From: Candidatus Enterousia sp.
GTDB taxonomy: Bacteria > Pseudomonadota > Alphaproteobacteria > Rs-D84
Assembly: GCA_045648665.1 (NCBI GenBank)
Contig: JAZROL010000019.1
Span: forward strand, 1 to 59,208
Direction: 5' to 3'
Length of the DNA stretch: 59,208 bases
The notes beneath the pieces were generated by a model, which had not been told where the DNA came from, ran no database searches, and saw only the letters and a program-made list of their open reading frames with translations. Positions 1 to 9,071 of this stretch are shown piece after piece (the first letter of the stretch is position 1; every line of letters starts with the position of its first letter). Both the position numbers and the translations under genes were made by a program.

Positions 1-5
1 TTTTT

Positions 6-151
6 AGTTCCCCTCTGGCTAGAGGGGTGGACACGAATCCGTCACTGCGCAGCAGTGACGCGATGAAGTGACGGGGTGTCGCGCAAGAATAAATTATGTT
101 ATAGCGACACCTCCCGGTCTTCGACCGTACTCCTCTAGCCAGAGGAGAACT
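6..151. repeat. REP-doublet/MITE-like palindromic element
   Basis: Terminal inverted repeats 6-29 (AGTTCCCCTCTGGCTAGAGGGGTG) and 128-151 match at 21/24. Each arm is itself a hairpin. Inner stems CGTCACTGC/GCAGTGACG (40-60) and GGGGTGTCGC/GCGACACCTC (73-113). Confidence 0.7.
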
Positions 152-193
152 CTGCGTTCTGGAAACAGAACCAAGAAAAAAAAGGAAAAAGGA

Positions 194-916
194 ATGAAAC
201 GATTTTTTATATTGTTTGGATTACTATTCAGTACGGTGGTATTTGCAGATACTATAACAATAAATTGGGGTGTTGATAATCAAACATACACAACGACAAC
301 TTGTCAATCTGGCAACGATGTTATATTGCCGGCAACACCAACTAAACGCGGTCATGTTTTCAGAGGTTGGACTGCGGAACATTTTAACCGCGGAACTTTT
401 ACAAATTGGGTGGCGGTACCAACAACAGAAACGGGATATTTGCAAAATACTTATGGAAATCGAACACCATTAAATGGGGATTATATTATTGTTAACAATG
501 CAATTGGGTATAGTATCAATTTTAATAATCCAATATATATAAAAGTTGTAAAAAATGCATACGGTGCAAACGAATGGAAATTATCTGTTGATAACGGGGA
601 AGAATTTAAAGTTTCAAGAGCACAAGGATATATTTTGACGAAACAATACGAAGATTTTGAATTAAGGTTTGAAGTCAATACAACCAGCGTACAAATATAT
701 TCAAATATTAATATGAAATATAACGACGTTGTTGTTTCAGCTGGTGATCCAATAATCTCTTTTAGTTACAATGTTTCCAACGGTACAGAATACATTATGT
801 ATTATAATGCCAGCGGAATTGATTTTAGTGGCACATGGCGATTTGTATACGACGGAATTTGGGGAATTGATGGTAAAAGCGGTTGGAAACCTGTGGAACA
901 AATAATCAGTGAATAA
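194..916 (+). CDS. Secreted protein with N-terminal InlB B-repeat-like domain and variable C-terminal domain
   Basis: ATG at 194 after AAGGA. Signal peptide MKRFFILFGLLFSTVVFA, then TITINW...TTTCQSGNDVILPATPTKRGHVFRGW. Confidence 0.75.
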   Translation: MKRFFILFGLLFSTVVFADTITINWGVDNQTYTTTTCQSGNDVILPATPTKRGHVFRGWTAEHFNRGTFTNWVAVPTTETGYLQNTYGNRTPLNGDYIIVNNAIGYSINFNNPIYIKVVKNAYGANEWKLSVDNGEEFKVSRAQGYILTKQYEDFELRFEVNTTSVQIYSNINMKYNDVVVSAGDPIISFSYNVSNGTEYIMYYNASGIDFSGTWRFVYDGIWGIDGKSGWKPVEQIISE

Positions 917-917
917 T

Positions 918-1619
918 ATGAAATTTATACCGATAATTTTTATCGCCTTTTTACCAACTTTTGTTTGGGCCGATGATTTATATACAAATAACATAGTCAA
1001 TGGTTGTGGTGATGCTTATTATTACAAAGCAGAATTTGAACCGATAAGCTATACTTGTTTATCGGGACAATTTTTACCAGCGGGCGCAATATCATGTCAA
1101 TCATGTCCACAAACATATACTTGTAATGGCGGAACTTTTACTTTTAATGCGAATCAAACACAGGGGCTTAGCGATGGTGATATATTAGTCACAAATGCAA
1201 TTGGCAGTTGTTCAACACAATTTAATCAAAGTTTTAGTGCTATATTTGAACCGATAACTTATACTTGTTCTGCCGGTTATTATTTACCTGCGGATGGAAT
1301 TTCTTGCACAGAATGCCTGGAAAATAATTATTGTCCCGGTGGAACATACACATTTAACGAAACAACGGCGCAAGGTATAACCCAATGTCCAAATGATACG
1401 CCGTATGCGCCGGCTGGGTCTGCATCTGTTAATCAATGTTATAAAGTAATAAATTTGAATTGGTATCTGGATGAAAACGCAACAACACCACTAACAGTGC
1501 AACCCGCCGCACAAAAATGTATATATGGTCAAAAGATTACTTTACCGGATACCAACCCAACGAAACCAGGGTATATCTTTGCCGGGTGGAGATTACGAAC
1601 CGCCCCAGCGCAGCAATAA
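918..1619 (+). CDS. Secreted Cys-rich protein with C-terminal InlB B-repeat-like domain
   Basis: Signal peptide, two copies of FEPI(S/T)YTC..G..LPA..ISC..C....(T/Y)C.GGT(F/Y)TFN, C-terminal INLNWY...CIYGQKITLPDTNPTKPGYIFAGW. Confidence 0.75.
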   Translation: MKFIPIIFIAFLPTFVWADDLYTNNIVNGCGDAYYYKAEFEPISYTCLSGQFLPAGAISCQSCPQTYTCNGGTFTFNANQTQGLSDGDILVTNAIGSCSTQFNQSFSAIFEPITYTCSAGYYLPADGISCTECLENNYCPGGTYTFNETTAQGITQCPNDTPYAPAGSASVNQCYKVINLNWYLDENATTPLTVQPAAQKCIYGQKITLPDTNPTKPGYIFAGWRLRTAPAQQ

Positions 1620-1625
1620 AAATTA

Positions 1626-3380
1626 TTATATCCGTTCGAACATTGCATCAAGTTGCGATATCGGGATAACTTTGTAAACAGGGCGACCATGATTACATTC
1701 GCCACCACGTTCGGTGCGTTCTATATCACGCAAAAGTGCATCCATTTCAACAAATGTTAATTTGCGCCCCGCCCTGACCGAATGATGACATGCATAATTT
1801 GCTAATTTTAAATGTAATTTTTCATTCAGTTTTGATGAATGGCCATATGCGCGAACTTCATCTGCTATTTCATGCAAACATTTTTCCCAATTCAAATCCC
1901 AATCCGCTGGTTTTTCAAATATAGCAATTGCAGTATCACCAAACGCATCGACTTGCAAACCGCTTTGTTTTAATTCTTCGGCTATTGTCAAAACAGATTC
2001 AACATCTTCCGCTTTTAAATTAACAACTATCGGTGCCAACAAAGGTTGTGTTTTAATACTATGTGAACGTAATTTTTCATAAGTAATACGTTCATGTGCA
2101 GCATGCTGGTCAACAATAACAAAACCTTCCGCATTTTCAGCCAATATGTATTTGTTATTTAATTGCCCTATGACATGACCAAGCGGTAAATCAAGCCCTT
2201 CATCAATCGATACATATGTTTGCGGTTCATTATCAACGACAATATTTTCCCGTTCGACAATTACATTTGTTTTTTGTGCCATATTCATTTTTGGTTCCAT
2301 AACCATTTGTGGAACATAAGAACGAAAAGTTGGCTGCACAACAGGCATTTCAAAACTTTTATCTTTTTCTGTATCGGCAACATTTGCAACAAACGCATTT
2401 TGATTCAAAGTTTTTGATAAAGCTTCACGCAAAGTCTTTATAATAAAAGCCCTGACATGTGTTGGTTCAAGAAAATGCACCTCTGTTTTTGCAGGCGACA
2501 CATTTACATCAACATTACGTGTTGGTAAATCCAGATACAGTACACACAAAGGAAATTCACGCGCATGCATCACATCCATATAGGCCGCACGTAACGCAGC
2601 AACCAAAACTTTATCTTTGACACCACGCCCATTAATAAATAAATATTGATCAACGGAAGATGCACGTCTTAAAATCGGTTGCGATATAAATCCATGCAAA
2701 TGCATATTCGATGAAGACGAATATTCATCTATTTCAATCATTTGACCACGAACATCTTCGCCCATAACCGCGATTATGCGTTCCATTAAATCCTGATTTT
2801 TTGGGAAACGCCATTTATTATTCAAAACAAATCCAACATCCGGACGTCCCATAGCCAAACGTTTAACTATATCTAATACAGCCAACATTTCGGATTTATC
2901 AGAATTCAAAAATTTCAATCTGGCTGGAGTTTTTGCAAATAAATTTTCAACACGAATACGTGTTCCGTTTTCCCAATCAGACGGCATAACTTCATTATTA
3001 TCAACAATCAATCGCCAACCATTAGAATCATCACCATTACGATTAAAAGTATCAATTGTCATATTTGATACGGACGCTATGGACGGCAAAGCTTCACCCC
3101 TGAATCCCATAAAATTAATATTCAACAAATCATCATTTGGCAATTTAGAAGTCGCATGGCGCAACACAGCATTTGACAAATCTTCACGCGACATACCAGA
3201 ACCATTGTCCATCACAGAAATCAAAGTACGCCCACCATCAACAACATCTATTACTATTTCATCAGCACCTGCATCCAAAGCATTTTCAACTAATTCTTTG
3301 ACAACGCTTGCGGGGCGTTCAACCACTTCACCAGCTGCGATTTGATTTACTAAAAAATCAGGCAACACACGAATTGGCAT
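1626..3380 (-). CDS. mutL: DNA mismatch repair protein MutL
   Basis: NQIAAGEVVERPASVVKELVENALDAGA, GFRGEAL, DQHAAHERITYE, CNHGRP endonuclease motifs. Confidence 0.97.
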   Translation of the reverse strand: MPIRVLPDFLVNQIAAGEVVERPASVVKELVENALDAGADEIVIDVVDGGRTLISVMDNGSGMSREDLSNAVLRHATSKLPNDDLLNINFMGFRGEALPSIASVSNMTIDTFNRNGDDSNGWRLIVDNNEVMPSDWENGTRIRVENLFAKTPARLKFLNSDKSEMLAVLDIVKRLAMGRPDVGFVLNNKWRFPKNQDLMERIIAVMGEDVRGQMIEIDEYSSSSNMHLHGFISQPILRRASSVDQYLFINGRGVKDKVLVAALRAAYMDVMHAREFPLCVLYLDLPTRNVDVNVSPAKTEVHFLEPTHVRAFIIKTLREALSKTLNQNAFVANVADTEKDKSFEMPVVQPTFRSYVPQMVMEPKMNMAQKTNVIVERENIVVDNEPQTYVSIDEGLDLPLGHVIGQLNNKYILAENAEGFVIVDQHAAHERITYEKLRSHSIKTQPLLAPIVVNLKAEDVESVLTIAEELKQSGLQVDAFGDTAIAIFEKPADWDLNWEKCLHEIADEVRAYGHSSKLNEKLHLKLANYACHHSVRAGRKLTFVEMDALLRDIERTERGGECNHGRPVYKVIPISQLDAMFERI

Positions 3381-3381
3381 A

Positions 3382-3852
3382 TTAATCCTTGAATTTCACA
3401 TCAATTATTTCAAATTCTTTTTCACCATTTGGCAAACGCACCATACAGGTATCACCAATACAATGTCCAATCAAAGCGCGACCAACAGGCGAAGTACAAG
3501 ATATAACCATTTTCCCATCGGATTCAATATCGGACAAAATTCGACATTCCATTTTATTTCCGTCTTCGTCTTCGGTTATAACTTTGGCACCAAAAACAAC
3601 ACGATTACCGGACAAACTGTCAATATCTATAATTTGGGAATTTTCAATAGTATTTTCAATAAATTGAATACGTTTATCTATTTGGCGCTGTTTTTCTTTG
3701 GCGGCACTATAATCCGCATTTTCAGATAAATCGCCCAAAGAACGCGCCCATTGAACCACACGCAATATTTCAGGGCGTTGATTTTCTTTTAAATCTTTTA
3801 ACTCTTTGACCAGCGCATCAAAACCCTGGCGTGAAATTGGTTTCTTTTCCAT
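3382..3852 (-). CDS. greA: Transcription elongation factor GreA
   Basis: ARSLGDLSENADYSAAKE and SPVGRALIG motifs. Confidence 0.92.
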   Translation of the reverse strand: MEKKPISRQGFDALVKELKDLKENQRPEILRVVQWARSLGDLSENADYSAAKEKQRQIDKRIQFIENTIENSQIIDIDSLSGNRVVFGAKVITEDEDGNKMECRILSDIESDGKMVISCTSPVGRALIGHCIGDTCMVRLPNGEKEFEIIDVKFKD

Positions 3853-3936
3853 AAATAAATCCTTAATTTTGACAATAAGAATATAACATAAAATTTAATT
3901 TTGCAATTATGATTTCAAACTATTATACTATATATT

Positions 3937-5004
3937 ATGTATAGATTCATACCCAGTGTTTTGACACGGTTTTTAATGCGACGCTTTTTCACCAGTTTTT
4001 TATTGGTGATGTTAACCGTATGTGGCATTATATTTGCCGTCACTTTTGTGGAAAGACTGTCTTCAAATCCAAACGCCTTTGCAACATTGATTGATGCATG
4101 GGTGCGTTTATTGGAATATATACCTATGTTTTTACCATTGGCTGTATTTATGGGAACATTGGTTGCATTTTATAATCTAACAAAATCATCGGAATTGATA
4201 ATTATATCTTGTTCTGGGCTTTCACCATATCAAATAGCGCGCCCTTTTTTAATAGGTGCATGTTTGGTTGGTATTTTCGCGGCAACCATTGTAAATCCGT
4301 ATTCGGTTAATTTAACAACGCGCAATTTAACAAATCATCAATTAAAATTAATAGATAATGCAATCTGGCTGCGCGAAACATCTGACGATACATTTTTGAC
4401 TGCACGCGCAACTGGCATGCACATAACACAAAAACACGATATAGTGTTTGATGATATAACAGTGTTTTTACAAAATGAAAATTTCAAATTAACAAAACGT
4501 ATATCTGCAAAAACAGCGGTTTTATCCAACAATGGTTTAGACATAGAAAAAGCAACCGTTGTGGATTCTAATGGAACAACAACACAGCAAGCGGAAAACA
4601 TAAAAACTAAATTAACACCACAAACTGTGTTGGACAGATACTTACAACCGAACCAAATTTCTTTTTGGAATCTGCCGGCATTTATACACAAAATGAAATC
4701 CATAGGTGTTGTCACACGTGGCCATCTGGTTCAATTTTGGACACTGCTTTTCCTGCCATTAAATATGATGGCAATGGTGATGTTAGGAATTGCTTTTTCA
4801 CAAACTAAACAGCGCAGAAATTACAGTTTTGGCGTTAAATTCAGTTTGGGTATAATTACATGCTTTGGGCTTTATTTTATTGTGAATTTGTTTAACGCGT
4901 TGGGAACGACCGGTGCATTACCACCATTATTAGCAATTGTCGCACCGCAAATTATAATCATAGCCGGCGCATGCATTTTCATAACCAGTTTCGATACAAT
5001 ATAA
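3937..5004 (+). CDS. LPS export ABC transporter permease, LptF/LptG family
   Basis: Three N-terminal TM helices, LTKSSELIIISCSGLSPYQI motif, periplasmic beta domain, three C-terminal TM helices. Confidence 0.88.
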   Translation: MYRFIPSVLTRFLMRRFFTSFLLVMLTVCGIIFAVTFVERLSSNPNAFATLIDAWVRLLEYIPMFLPLAVFMGTLVAFYNLTKSSELIIISCSGLSPYQIARPFLIGACLVGIFAATIVNPYSVNLTTRNLTNHQLKLIDNAIWLRETSDDTFLTARATGMHITQKHDIVFDDITVFLQNENFKLTKRISAKTAVLSNNGLDIEKATVVDSNGTTTQQAENIKTKLTPQTVLDRYLQPNQISFWNLPAFIHKMKSIGVVTRGHLVQFWTLLFLPLNMMAMVMLGIAFSQTKQRRNYSFGVKFSLGIITCFGLYFIVNLFNALGTTGALPPLLAIVAPQIIIIAGACIFITSFDTI

Positions 5005-5024
5005 AACCAGCGGGGAAACATACT

Positions 5025-5159
5025 ATGCCTTTGTACAGAAAGAAACATAAAAGCGGTAAAAAATATATCATCTGGGCAATAATTATATTATTGTTAGTGT
5101 TGATGTTTATTTCTTTGCCACCCAAACCTGAAATAACGGAAATTGTATTATGGCCTTGA
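5025..5159 (+). CDS. Small single-pass membrane protein
   Basis: ATG at 5025 after GGGG/AAAC. Basic N-terminus followed by a hydrophobic helix. Overlaps the xerD start. Confidence 0.6.
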   Translation: MPLYRKKHKSGKKYIIWAIIILLLVLMFISLPPKPEITEIVLWP

Positions 5160-6019
5160 ATTACATAGACGTTTTCATAGAAGCCATCGCCGCGGAAAAA
5201 GGTCGTCCACGCAACACTCTTGACGCATATAAATCAGATTTAATCGCAACACAAGAAGCAATTGGTGATTTATTAAATGCAACATCTGATGATATTCAAA
5301 ATTATTTATCAGGATTAAATGAAAAACCTTCATCTATTACCCGCCGGGCCAGTTGTCTGCGCACATTTTATAAATTTTTAATGCTTGAAAAAATAATAAA
5401 AACAAATCCAACTGCAAATCTTGAATTGCCTAAACGCGGTCGCGCATTACCTAAATATCTTTCACCCGAAGAAATAGAATTATTAATATCATCGGCAGGC
5501 GATATAAAAACATCTGTGCGATTGCGTTGTATGTTGGAATTATTATACGCATCTGGATTGCGAGTATCTGAATTATGCGAATTACCAATGTCTGCAAACC
5601 TGGGCGACAGATTATTAATACATGGCAAAGGCGCAAAGGAAAGATTGGTTCCAATGCATGAAGGTGCGCAATCTGCACTTCATAAATGGATTGAATTGCG
5701 CGGGGACACAGATTCAAAATATGTTTTTCCTACATATTCAAAAACAGGCCACATTACACGTGATGGATTTTTCAAAATATTAAAAAAATGTGCGGTATTG
5801 GCGGGTATAGAACCAAGCCGCGTATCACCACACGTTTTGCGACATTCTTTTGCTTCGCATTTGTTGGCGGGGGGTGCAAATTTACGTGTAATACAAACAA
5901 TGTTGGGACACGAAGATATTTCAACAACACAAATATATACGCATGTATTGCCAGAAAAATTACGCGAAACGGTTGAATCTGCACACCCATTGGCAAACAA
6001 TAAAATCAAGGACATATAG
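5150..6019 (+). CDS. xerD: Tyrosine recombinase XerD
   Basis: LLYASGLRVSEL, GKGAKER, SPHVLRHSFASHLLAGGANLRVIQTMLGHEDISTTQIYTHV. Confidence 0.92.
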   Translation: MALNYIDVFIEAIAAEKGRPRNTLDAYKSDLIATQEAIGDLLNATSDDIQNYLSGLNEKPSSITRRASCLRTFYKFLMLEKIIKTNPTANLELPKRGRALPKYLSPEEIELLISSAGDIKTSVRLRCMLELLYASGLRVSELCELPMSANLGDRLLIHGKGAKERLVPMHEGAQSALHKWIELRGDTDSKYVFPTYSKTGHITRDGFFKILKKCAVLAGIEPSRVSPHVLRHSFASHLLAGGANLRVIQTMLGHEDISTTQIYTHVLPEKLRETVESAHPLANNKIKDI

Positions 6020-6021
6020 AA

Positions 6022-6522
6022 ATGATAACTAAATGCGATCATCCCGGATGTGGAAAAGCAGGCACCTGTCGCGCGCCAAAAACACGCGATTTAAAAGAAT
6101 ATTGGTGGTTTTGTAAAGAACATGCGGCTGAATACAATAAAAATTGGAATTATTACGCAAATATGACACCGGATGAAATCGATGCAGAATGGGAACGCGA
6201 AACATTTGGTATTGCCGATAAAGATAAAGAAAAAGCAAATCAAAACGAAGCGGATTATATAAATTTTTTAAACGATTTTTTAAGTGGTCGTGATACTTTT
6301 GATAAAGTACAACCGAAAAAGACAGTCCCTTCACAAATAGTTTCGGCCCTGCAAACATTGCAATTACCAATAACGGCCACTTTAAAAGAAATCAGCGCGC
6401 GTTATAGATTACTCGCTAAAAAACATCACCCAGATACAGCAACAAACAAAGATACGGCTGCAACGGAATTCACACGCATAACAACCGCATACGAAACATT
6501 AAAAAAATATTTCAAGAAATAA
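6022..6522 (+). CDS. J-domain (DnaJ-class) protein with N-terminal Cys/His motif
   Basis: CDHPGC...RAPK...WFCKEHAAEYNKNWNYY N-terminus and C-terminal J-domain with HPD. Confidence 0.85.
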   Translation: MITKCDHPGCGKAGTCRAPKTRDLKEYWWFCKEHAAEYNKNWNYYANMTPDEIDAEWERETFGIADKDKEKANQNEADYINFLNDFLSGRDTFDKVQPKKTVPSQIVSALQTLQLPITATLKEISARYRLLAKKHHPDTATNKDTAATEFTRITTAYETLKKYFKK

Positions 6523-6548
6523 TAAATATTTCGTTTACAGAAAGCTGG

Positions 6549-6573
6549 GTTCTCCCCCAAGATGGGGGAGAAC
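6549..6573. terminator. GC-rich hairpin between convergent genes, related to the REP arms at 6-151
   Basis: GTTCTCCCCCA-AGA-TGGGGGAGAAC perfect stem. Shares the AGTTCTCC end motif with the 128-151 arm. Confidence 0.6.
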
Positions 6574-6575
6574 TT

Positions 6576-7067
6576 TTACTCCACTGGTGTTGTTATCAAT
6601 CTCCACCCGCTGAATATATATCCTGGTCTGGTTGGGGCTGGTGGCAATGTTATCTTTTCTCCATATGTGCACGTTGTTTGCGCAACTATTGTATCCCTGT
6701 CATACCAATTCAGGTTTATTGTGTTTGGTCGAAATACCGGTTTAAATCGTCTTGGTATAAAATTTGCTGAACATACATTTGATAAATTATTTGTGATTAT
6801 TTGTTGTTTGGTTATCCCCTGGACATTTGTAGGGTCAAAATCGAAAGTTCCACCAGGACAAGTATATCCGTTTGGACACTGAACACAATGGTCAGTGTTC
6901 GCAGGCAGAAAATATCCTGAATTACAAGTAAATGTTTTTATACGAAACACAGGAAACAGTCTAGTTATATTGCTATTACAGCCACCAACAACATCCTGGG
7001 TGATATAATCAGCATGTACATCGTACATAAAAAGTAAATATAAAAATAATAATAATATTTTTTTCAT
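6576..7067 (-). CDS. Secreted Cys-rich protein with C-terminal InlB B-repeat-like domain
   Basis: Signal peptide, TCNSGYFLPANTDHCVQCPNGYTCPGGTF, INLNWYDRDT...CTYGEKITLPPAPTRPGYIFSGW. Paralog of 918-1619. Confidence 0.78.
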   Translation of the reverse strand: MKKILLLFLYLLFMYDVHADYITQDVVGGCNSNITRLFPVFRIKTFTCNSGYFLPANTDHCVQCPNGYTCPGGTFDFDPTNVQGITKQQIITNNLSNVCSANFIPRRFKPVFRPNTINLNWYDRDTIVAQTTCTYGEKITLPPAPTRPGYIFSGWRLITTPVE

Positions 7068-7076
7068 AACTGTTTA

Positions 7077-7844
7077 TTATGGTATCGCTGGGCCGGCAAT
7101 AAAATCACCAGTACCTGCATTATAAAAGTATTGATTGGAAACTTTATCATACATACATGGTGTGCCATTATTATCAAGCACAGGTATAAAATCACGAACA
7201 AGAGTGTTAGTTGAATTCCAAATTTTTACATAATAATTTCGTTGCGCAAAACACTTGTTGCTATAATCACTATAACCTATTTTTACAGACACATTTTGTG
7301 TTGGTAATATATTTGTATTGTTCCTGTCCATGTATATTTCATTATTTATTTTCACTACAAATTTTGTATTTGATGTATTAAGGTAAAGATCAAAAGGTGT
7401 ATCGTCTGTAATTAGTATATTTGCAACATTAGTAATGCTCCCTTTCTCTGCATATAAACGCGAATCAGTAGAATAAAACTCGTTCCTTGAGTTATTAGGA
7501 TTTGCCTTTGAAATACTACCTAATTGAAGAATATATTTACCATCTTTCATTTTTGGTGCCATACGAGCTTCTATTATACAACCACCATTTGCATAAAAAC
7601 CTGTATCAATATATTGTGTCCCTGTGAATTCTAAATATTCAATTGGAGTATAATCTACGGCCCAACCAATAAAATCATATCCCAATTTCGTTGGTGTGGG
7701 GGGTAAAATTAAATCGCCCCCTATTGTACAGGTTGTTGTTTGATTTGTTGTGCCGTCTTCATTTAACCAAGTCAAAGTTATATCTTCCGCTATGGCGGTT
7801 GTGCCGATAAACACAGCAAATAAAAACAATATTATTCGTTTCAT
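7077..7844 (-). CDS. Secreted protein with N-terminal InlB B-repeat-like domain and C-terminal beta-sandwich (LamG/ConA-like) domain
   Basis: ATG at 7844 after GGAGG. Signal peptide, TTTCTIGGDLILPPTPTKLGYDFIGW, then YTPIEYLEFTGTQYIDTG...LVRDFIPV...MYDKVS.QYFYNAGTGDF. Confidence 0.75.
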   Translation of the reverse strand: MKRIILFLFAVFIGTTAIAEDITLTWLNEDGTTNQTTTCTIGGDLILPPTPTKLGYDFIGWAVDYTPIEYLEFTGTQYIDTGFYANGGCIIEARMAPKMKDGKYILQLGSISKANPNNSRNEFYSTDSRLYAEKGSITNVANILITDDTPFDLYLNTSNTKFVVKINNEIYMDRNNTNILPTQNVSVKIGYSDYSNKCFAQRNYYVKIWNSTNTLVRDFIPVLDNNGTPCMYDKVSNQYFYNAGTGDFIAGPAIP

Positions 7845-7860
7845 TTTTTCCTCCACAGTA

Positions 7861-8060
7861 AAAAACAATAAAACCGCGCTTAAAAGGCGGCTGGAGGTTA
7901 GCTACAATTCAAAGAGAAATTGTGTGCATATTCAATGTATTTTGCAACCCTCCAACCCAAAAAATAGTTGGAGTTACCATTTCGTCCCTTACAGAACGCT
8001 CTTTGATTAGGGTAGCTATACCCCGCCAGAAAAAATCTTTCTGGCAAAATTATTTTATCA
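7861..8060 (-). ncRNA. Structured leader RNA, C4/CI-antisense-like attenuator (copy 1)
   Basis: Extended -10 TGATAAAAT (8052-8060), 5' hairpin (8025-8045), target boxes (8013-8018, 7999-8006) complementary to a three-way junction (7889-7957), terminator-like stem plus U tract (7861-7892). Same layout as 58265-58490. Confidence 0.7.
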
Positions 8061-8159
8061 AACATTAAATATGAATAAAAGCGAAAAATAACGCTATTTT
8101 ATATTTGCACGAAAATCTTTTTATGCTATGATTTCGCAAAGGAAAATATAGGATTAAAT

Positions 8160-9056
8160 ATGTACGATGTTGTTATTTTGGGTTCGGGGCCTGCTGGGTT
8201 AACTGCTGCTATATATACTGGTCGCGCAAACAAATCAACTGTTGTTTTGGCCGGCGAATCTCTTGGTGGTCAAACCGGTGAAATTGCAAAATTGGAAAAT
8301 TATCCGGGCTGGGCCGGCTCTGGGATGGAATTAATTCAATTTATGACAAAACAAGCAAAATCTTTCGGTACTAAAATTGAATTTACATCCGCAACAAATA
8401 TCAAGTTTAATGATGATGAAACTTTTTCTGTCGTTTGCGACAACGGCAAAACATTTGATGCAAAAACAGTGATATTGGCAACCGGCGCACGCGCACGTCG
8501 TCTTGACATAGCGGGCGCACGTGAATTTTTCGGTCACGGTGTTTCATATTGCGCGACCTGTGATGGATTCTTTTATTCTGGTCGCGATGTATTGGTATAT
8601 GGCGGTGGCAATGCCGCATTAAATGATGCACTGTATTTGGCAGACGTCGCAAAAACTGTAAAGATAGTTTATCGCAAAGCTGAATTTTTTAGAGCGGAAG
8701 CTGTCTTACGCGACCGTATTGCAGAAAAGTCAAACATAGAATGCATATATAATACAGAATTAAAATCTATTGCGCAAAAACCAGACAGTGATAAATTAAT
8801 CGCAACAACCACAACTGGCAAAGAAATTGAATGTGATGGTATCTTTGTTGCAATTGGTCACGAAGCGAACACAGATTATTTAGCGGAATCTATTAAACGC
8901 GACGATATGGGTCGTATTGCACCTGAATCCTTGCCAAAGGGGATGTTCGTTGCTGGTGATGTAAAATCAAATATAAAAATGCAAATAGCAACCGCAGTTG
9001 GAACGGGTTGCACTGCCGGTATGGATGCAATCGCTTATTTGAATTCAAAAGAATAA
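8160..9056 (+). CDS. trxB: Thioredoxin reductase
   Basis: GSGPAGLTAAIY, ENYPG, GVSYCATCDG, GGGNAA motifs. Confidence 0.93.
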   Translation: MYDVVILGSGPAGLTAAIYTGRANKSTVVLAGESLGGQTGEIAKLENYPGWAGSGMELIQFMTKQAKSFGTKIEFTSATNIKFNDDETFSVVCDNGKTFDAKTVILATGARARRLDIAGAREFFGHGVSYCATCDGFFYSGRDVLVYGGGNAALNDALYLADVAKTVKIVYRKAEFFRAEAVLRDRIAEKSNIECIYNTELKSIAQKPDSDKLIATTTTGKEIECDGIFVAIGHEANTDYLAESIKRDDMGRIAPESLPKGMFVAGDVKSNIKMQIATAVGTGCTAGMDAIAYLNSKE

Positions 9057-9071
9057 ACAAGAAGGTAAAAA

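Noticed and set aside
68-193. N-terminal extension of the first ORF from GTG 68
   Set aside because: It runs through the palindromic element. The RBS and signal peptide fit ATG 194.
5150-6019. Tyrosine recombinase as a prophage or island integrase, or as a shufflon invertase for the surface genes
   Set aside because: Motifs and neighbours fit housekeeping XerD. I saw no att sites or inverted recombination sites flanking the nearby genes.
6576-6722. Diversity-generating retroelement TR/VR pair with 59005-59135
   Set aside because: Differences are mostly at third codon positions and are not adenine-specific. Both copies are coding and no reverse transcriptase is in the window.
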